The notes under the pieces: model-generated
The model's database searches: none
What the model was told of the DNA's origin: nothing
The model's input: the letters and a program-made list of their open reading frames with translations, nothing else
Shown here: piece after piece, positions 31,506 to 35,868 of the stretch
How the letters are laid out: the number at the start of each line of letters is the position of its first letter
Position numbering within the stretch: the first letter of the stretch is position 1
Translations under genes and position numbers: made by a program
Assembly: GCA_902795725.1 (NCBI GenBank)
Contig: CADBLY010000021.1
Span: 1 to 35,868 of the forward strand
Direction of reading: 5' to 3'
DNA: 35,868 nt
Source of the DNA: an uncultured Erysipelotrichaceae bacterium
GTDB taxonomy: Bacteria > Bacillota_I > Bacilli_A > RF39 > UBA660

Positions 31506-32008
31506 TTAATGTTGTTTTATATGAACCAGAAATACCACAAAATACTGGTAATATAATGAGAACGTGTGCAGGAACGAACACCAAACTTCACTTAATTAAA
31601 CCTTTTGGTTTTGTTTTAAGTGATAGATATTTGAAACGTAGTGGTGTAAATTATGTAGAAAATTGTGATTATTATGTGTATGATAATTGGGATGATTTCA
31701 TTAGTAAAAACAAAGGCGAATACTACTTTCTAACACGCTATGGAACTAAACCCCATACATCATTTGATTATAGTGATAAAAACAAAAACACATATTTAAT
31801 TTTTGGTAAAGAAAGTACAGGAATACCAAAAGAAATTCTTTCGAAGAATTTAGATAGATGTATGCGTATACCAATAAATGAAAAAATACGAGCTTTAAAT
31901 GTATCGAATTCCGTAGCTATTATGTTATTTGAAGTATTAAGACAGCAGGATTACCCTGATTTATTAAAAACAGATCCTTTTAAAGGAGAAAAATATTTAG
32001 AAGAATAA
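31502..32008 (+). CDS. trmL: tRNA (cytidine/uridine-34 2'-O)-methyltransferase TrmL (SpoU/TrmH family)
   Basis: VVLYEPEIPQNTGNIMRTCAGTNTKLHLIKPFGF, LIFGKESTGIP, and IPI......LNVSNSVAI. Confidence 0.88.
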   Translation: MINVVLYEPEIPQNTGNIMRTCAGTNTKLHLIKPFGFVLSDRYLKRSGVNYVENCDYYVYDNWDDFISKNKGEYYFLTRYGTKPHTSFDYSDKNKNTYLIFGKESTGIPKEILSKNLDRCMRIPINEKIRALNVSNSVAIMLFEVLRQQDYPDLLKTDPFKGEKYLEE

Positions 32009-32020
32009 GAAGGAGTAAGT

Positions 32021-32518
32021 ATGAATACAATAACTATATTTATAGTAAAATATTGGATATTAATAATATTGGCTTTAATTCTAATTTTAATGGGTATAAT
32101 AGGTTATATAGCTGATAGTAATGGATTTATACCTAAAAGGCAGAAAAAGAGCAAAAAGCCAGTGAAAATAGATAATAGTGATATATCCAAACCTAATATG
32201 GATGAATTTAATAATGTATCAATAGAAAATGAAATATTTAATCTAGAAAATAATAATATTCAAGATAATAAAGATACCTATAAAAAAGATTTAGTATTGG
32301 AAAATAAAGACTTAAATTTTGAAGAATTTGAAACAGAATTTGATAGAATTGTTCCAGAAAAACCAGTTATTAGTGATGAATTAAAAAAATATATGGATGA
32401 ATTTCAAATAAGTCCAGTCAATATTGATACAAAAGTTAATGATAATGAAATATTTAGTGATATTAAATTACCAGAAATCAAAAGAGAAGATGAAGATACC
32501 GATATATGGAGCTTTTAG
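32021..32518 (+). CDS. Membrane-anchored acidic protein, unknown function
   Basis: N-terminal TM, then a Lys-rich linker and an acidic Asn/Asp/Glu-rich tail. Confidence 0.35.
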   Translation: MNTITIFIVKYWILIILALILILMGIIGYIADSNGFIPKRQKKSKKPVKIDNSDISKPNMDEFNNVSIENEIFNLENNNIQDNKDTYKKDLVLENKDLNFEEFETEFDRIVPEKPVISDELKKYMDEFQISPVNIDTKVNDNEIFSDIKLPEIKREDEDTDIWSF

Positions 32519-32545
32519 ACACCAAAATAATTTGGTGTCTTTATA
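32517..32545 (+). terminator. Rho-independent terminator
   Basis: 10-bp stem AGACACCAAA / TTTGGTGTCT, 4-nt loop, then TTATATT. Confidence 0.65.
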
Positions 32546-32619
32546 TTAAAAATTTTATTACTAGGTAAAATAACCAATTATAAGTTAATACATATATTAA
32601 TTTAGGAGTTGGTTTTTTC

Positions 32620-33591
32620 ATGATTAATTTAACTATTATTTTTGGTGGAAAAAGTAATGAGCACAATATTTCTATATTATCAGCAAGAAGTATCATGAAA
32701 TATATAAACAAGGATAAGTATAATATTAGTCTTATTTATATAGATAAAGATGGTATTTGGTATAAATGTCATGATATAGATAATCTTGATAATTTAGAAT
32801 TAATAAAAAATTTTAATATGCTTACTCAAACAGATATTGTTTTCCCAGTATTACATGGAAAATATGGAGAAGATGGAAGACTTCAAGGATTGTTTGAAAT
32901 ATTAGGAATCAAGTATGTCGGTTGCAGATTAGATAGTAGTCTAATATCTATGGATAAAGAATTAACAAAGATTATTTTAAATAATATAAATATTCCACAA
33001 GCTAAATACTTATGTGTACATAAAAACAATTATAATATTAATAGTATATTAAAAGCAATAAATACACAGATAAAATATCCTGTATTTATCAAACCAGCTA
33101 GGTCAGGAAGTAGTATTGGTATTAATAAAGCATATGATAGTAATAGTGTAGATAAATACATAAAAGAAGCATTTAAATATGATGATAAAGTAATAATAGA
33201 AGAATATATTAAAGGAAGAGAAATAGAAGTAGGAATACTAGGTAATAATGAATTAATAATAAGTGATATAGGCGAAATAAAAACAAATGATGATTTCTAT
33301 AGTTATGATTCAAAGTATAAAAATAATAAATCTAAAACAATAATACCAGCTTTAATAGATGATGCATTAGTGTATAAAATAAAAGGATGTGCAATAGAAA
33401 TCTATAAAGTGTTGGAATGCAGAGGGTTATCTAGATTAGATTTCTTTGTTGATAATGATAGAATAATATTTAATGAAATAAATACCATGCCAGGATTTAC
33501 TAATATAAGTATGTATCCGATGCTATTTGAAAGCATAGGTATTAATTATAGTGATTTGATAGATAGATTGATAGAGTTGGGGATGGAGTAA
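32620..33591 (+). CDS. ddl: D-alanine--D-alanine ligase
   Basis: IIFGGKSNEHNISILSA, HGKYGEDGRLQGLFEILGIKYVGC, the ATP-grasp segment, and FNEINTMPGFT. Confidence 0.92.
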   Translation: MINLTIIFGGKSNEHNISILSARSIMKYINKDKYNISLIYIDKDGIWYKCHDIDNLDNLELIKNFNMLTQTDIVFPVLHGKYGEDGRLQGLFEILGIKYVGCRLDSSLISMDKELTKIILNNINIPQAKYLCVHKNNYNINSILKAINTQIKYPVFIKPARSGSSIGINKAYDSNSVDKYIKEAFKYDDKVIIEEYIKGREIEVGILGNNELIISDIGEIKTNDDFYSYDSKYKNNKSKTIIPALIDDALVYKIKGCAIEIYKVLECRGLSRLDFFVDNDRIIFNEINTMPGFTNISMYPMLFESIGINYSDLIDRLIELGME

Positions 33592-33744
33592 TGTAATGAT
33601 ATTATAGTGTTTTTATACAAAAAATGCTTGACCCACTAGTTTGTGATTATTTATCAATATTAGAGAGTAATAATCGACAATGCCTATTTGCTAAAAATAG
33701 GAAACATGTTTCTATAATCGAGACATAGGAGAATTCTTATATAG

Positions 33745-33770
33745 AAAAAAACAATAACGTTCAGTTATTG
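33745..33770 (-). terminator. Rho-independent terminator of the RNHCP gene (overlaps its stop codon)
   Basis: The reverse strand reads CAATAAC-TGAAC-GTTATTG followed by TTTTTTT. Confidence 0.7.
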
Positions 33771-34070
33771 CTTATTAGATGATATTTTCAATATTTCATC
33801 ATAGCTATCATCATTAGCTATGATATTTTTATGCGTTTCATTACACATTTCACATCGATATATTATTTTATAAGTATCCTTAAATTTCTCTATATCTATG
33901 GGCTTTAAAAGTCCTCTACATTCATTTAATCTATCCCCAGGATTAATATCAACATGTTTAGAATATAGACAGTATGGGCAATGGTCTCTCGCACTATATT
34001 TTAAAGGTTTAACTTCCTTGTGGCACTTTTCACAGATGAAAGGTTCATCAATCATATTAAATTTTTTCAT
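33765..34070 (-). CDS. RNHCP-domain zinc-ribbon protein
   Basis: FICEKCHKEV...ARDHCPYCLYSKHVD...CRGLL...YRCEMCNE matches the RNHCP signature (R-N/D-H-C-P) with paired CxxC motifs. Confidence 0.75.
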   Translation of the reverse strand: MKKFNMIDEPFICEKCHKEVKPLKYSARDHCPYCLYSKHVDINPGDRLNECRGLLKPIDIEKFKDTYKIIYRCEMCNETHKNIIANDDSYDEILKISSNKQ

Positions 34071-34140
34071 AGCATCACCACTTATATAGTATCATATTTT
34101 TCTAAAATGTGGTACTATTATATAAGTTGGAGGTATAAAT

Positions 34141-35373
34141 ATGGATGATAAAAAGAAAGATAAGAAGACATTTAGAAAAAGAGAGGTTGTTGTTTTATTA
34201 ATAATTACTTGTCTATGTAGCATAGTGCTTGGAGTAGTTATTGGGGGTATTACAGGACTAGCAGCTAAGTTCAATGTCAATTTACGAGATAGTTATCACG
34301 TAGCTACGGATAAAAACTTAAAGAGCTTTGTGCGTAATTATAAATATATTGTTAATAATTATTATGAAGATATTAATAAAGAAAAGTTAATTGATAACGC
34401 CATATCAGGTATGATGAAATCATTAGATGATCCATACTCAGTATATATGGATGAAAATGAATCTAATAGTTTTAATATAAGTTTAGATGGCGAATATAAA
34501 GGTATTGGTATTCAAATAGCAAAAGATGAAGAAAAACAAGCTATGCTTGTTATGTATGTCTTTAAAGATTCACCAGCCGACAAAGCAGGTTTAAAAGCAG
34601 GAGATTATATTATTAAATTAAACAATAAAGAAATAAAGGATAAATCAGTTACAGAATTTAGTAATAGTATCTTAAAAAGTGATAAAAAAGAATTTACCCT
34701 TACCATAATAAGAGATGAAGAACAAAAAGATATTAAAGTCTCTAAAAATAATGTAGTGATTGATTCAGTAATTAGTGAAATATATGAACGTAATGATAAA
34801 AAAATAGGTTATTTATATATTTCTATATTTGCCAACAACACACCTATTCAATTTCAAAAAAAATTAAAAGAATTAGAAAATAAAAAAATTGATGGTTTAA
34901 TAATTGATGTTAGAGATAATACAGGTGGTCATCTAACAAGTGTGGAAGCAATGCTTGAATCAATGTTAACTAAAAACCAAATTACATATCAATTAAAAAT
35001 AGGTAAAAGACAAATTAAATTCTATGGTAAAGCTAAAAAAAATAAAGATTACAAGATTGTATTGCTAGGTAATAATAACAGTGCTTCAGCATCAGAAATT
35101 TTAATTTCTAGTTTAATGGATAATTTAAATTGTAAATTTGTAGGTGAGAAAACATATGGAAAGGGAACTGTTCAAGAATTAGTCACACTTTCAAATAATG
35201 AACAATATAAGATAACAACGAAAAAGTGGTTAACTCCAAAAGGAAAATGGATCAATGATACTAAAGGTATAAAACCTACAGATGAGATTAAACTAGATAA
35301 GAAATATATTGAAACTCACAAGGATGAAGATGATAATCAACTCAATAAGGCTTTAGATATCATTTCAAAATAG
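34141..35373 (+). CDS. S41-family carboxy-terminal processing peptidase (CtpA/CtpB-like) with PDZ domain
   Basis: N-terminal TM; PDZ segment YKGIGIQI...SPADKAGLKAGDYIIKLN; then IIDVRDNTGGHL, NNNSASASEILISSL and GEKTYGKGTVQ. Confidence 0.9.
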   Translation: MDDKKKDKKTFRKREVVVLLIITCLCSIVLGVVIGGITGLAAKFNVNLRDSYHVATDKNLKSFVRNYKYIVNNYYEDINKEKLIDNAISGMMKSLDDPYSVYMDENESNSFNISLDGEYKGIGIQIAKDEEKQAMLVMYVFKDSPADKAGLKAGDYIIKLNNKEIKDKSVTEFSNSILKSDKKEFTLTIIRDEEQKDIKVSKNNVVIDSVISEIYERNDKKIGYLYISIFANNTPIQFQKKLKELENKKIDGLIIDVRDNTGGHLTSVEAMLESMLTKNQITYQLKIGKRQIKFYGKAKKNKDYKIVLLGNNNSASASEILISSLMDNLNCKFVGEKTYGKGTVQELVTLSNNEQYKITTKKWLTPKGKWINDTKGIKPTDEIKLDKKYIETHKDEDDNQLNKALDIISK

Positions 35374-35391
35374 ACTTAGGTCTATTTTTTT
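35370..35391 (+). terminator. Rho-independent terminator after the S41 peptidase gene
   Basis: Stem ATAGAC / GTCTAT, loop TTAG, then TTTTTT. Confidence 0.6.
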
Positions 35392-35399
35392 GATATAAT
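35391..35399 (+). promoter_or_regulatory. Extended -10 promoter (TGaTATAAT) for the DUF402 gene
   Basis: TGATATAAT lies directly after the terminator T-run, 24 nt before the ATG at 35423. Confidence 0.45.
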
Positions 35400-35422
35400 C
35401 TTTTTAGAAATGAGTGATCTAT

Positions 35423-35868
35423 ATGAAAAAATTGTTTTTGGGAGATAAATACAAAATTCATTGTTATAAACATGATGGAAAGATATATCGTTCTTGGGAT
35501 GAAGCTGTTTTATTAGATATACATAAAGACTATTTAGTATTTGGAAATAATAAAACATTAGTAACAGAACAAGAAGGACAAATGTGGAGAACAAAAGAAC
35601 CTGCTGTCATTTATTTTTTTAGGAATAAATGGTTTAATATCATTGCACAAATGAAAACAGATGGTGTATATTATTATTGTAATATTGCTACACCTTTTAT
35701 AATAGAAGAAGGAACAATTAAATATATTGATTATGATCTAGATTTAAGAGTGTTTCCAGATGGTGAATATAAGGTGCTGGATGAACTTGAGTACGAATAT
35801 CATAAAAAACAGATGGGATATTCAAACGATCTAGATAAAGTTATCAGAAATGGTCTAAAAGAACTACT
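35423..35868 (+). CDS. DUF402/UPF0374 nucleoside tri-/diphosphate phosphatase (YgaC/Ntdp-like), 3' end outside the window
   Basis: Not in the ORF track because it has no stop. My own translation is MKKLFLGDKYKIHCYKHDGKIYRSWDEAVLL...WRTKEPAVIYFFRNKWFNIIAQMKTDGVYYYCNIATPF...IKYIDYDLDLRVFPDGEYKVLDELEYEYHKK, which closely follows the conserved Firmicute YgaC/Ntdp pattern. Confidence 0.85.
   Translation, partial: MKKLFLGDKYKIHCYKHDGKIYRSWDEAVLLDIHKDYLVFGNNKTLVTEQEGQMWRTKEPAVIYFFRNKWFNIIAQMKTDGVYYYCNIATPFIIEEGTIKYIDYDLDLRVFPDGEYKVLDELEYEYHKKQMGYSNDLDKVIRNGLKEL

Noticed and set aside
33592-33744. ~150-nt convergent intergenic region with hairpin CCTATTT-GCTAA-AAATAGG, palindrome GAAACATGTTTC, a repeated TAATCGA, a TTGACC -35-like hexamer and a 34-codon ORF (MLDPLVCDYL...)
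   Set aside because: The small ORF has no RBS and no good -10 at proper spacing. I recognise no riboswitch or sRNA family. It could be a decayed terminator region, so I noted it but did not call it.
1-35868. CRISPR arrays, rRNA genes, prophage structural genes, toxin-antitoxin pairs and restriction-modification genes
   Set aside because: I scanned for regularly spaced direct repeats and characteristic motifs and found none. The only notable DNA repeats are the duplicated pilin 5' ends and the VirB2-like cores.

Overview
Very AT-rich Bacillota-type chromosome segment with GGAGG-type ribosome binding sites. Spore-coat-like genes suggest an endospore former, possibly Erysipelotrichia or Clostridia (inference). 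Housekeeping flanks: tRNA-Leu(CAA), scpB and scpA on the left; on the right a rhodanese, gmk, a LicD-family gene, a CotY/CotZ/ExsY-like coat gene, a LysM protein, a Clp-D1-type AAA+ ATPase, trmL, ddl, an RNHCP protein, an S41 peptidase and a DUF402 phosphatase. Between them (1795-25668) lies a ~24 kb block of co-directional, tightly packed genes. It joins a Tad/Flp-like type IVc pilus set (CpaB-like, TadA/CpaF ATPase, TadB/TadC-like, two Flp-sized pilins, three pseudopilin-like proteins, TadZ-like) to a Gram-positive-type type IV secretion/conjugation set. That set has four tandem VirB2-like paralogs, VirB6/TrbL-like, PrgI/VirB3-like, a VirB4 split into two genes, two CHAP hydrolases, two paralogous dual-anchored lipoproteins and a VirD4 coupling protein. 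The window shows no relaxase, integrase, replication gene or prepilin peptidase. The exported parts of the machine are unusually cysteine-rich. All functional calls come from motif recognition by eye and need HMM or structure searches to confirm.
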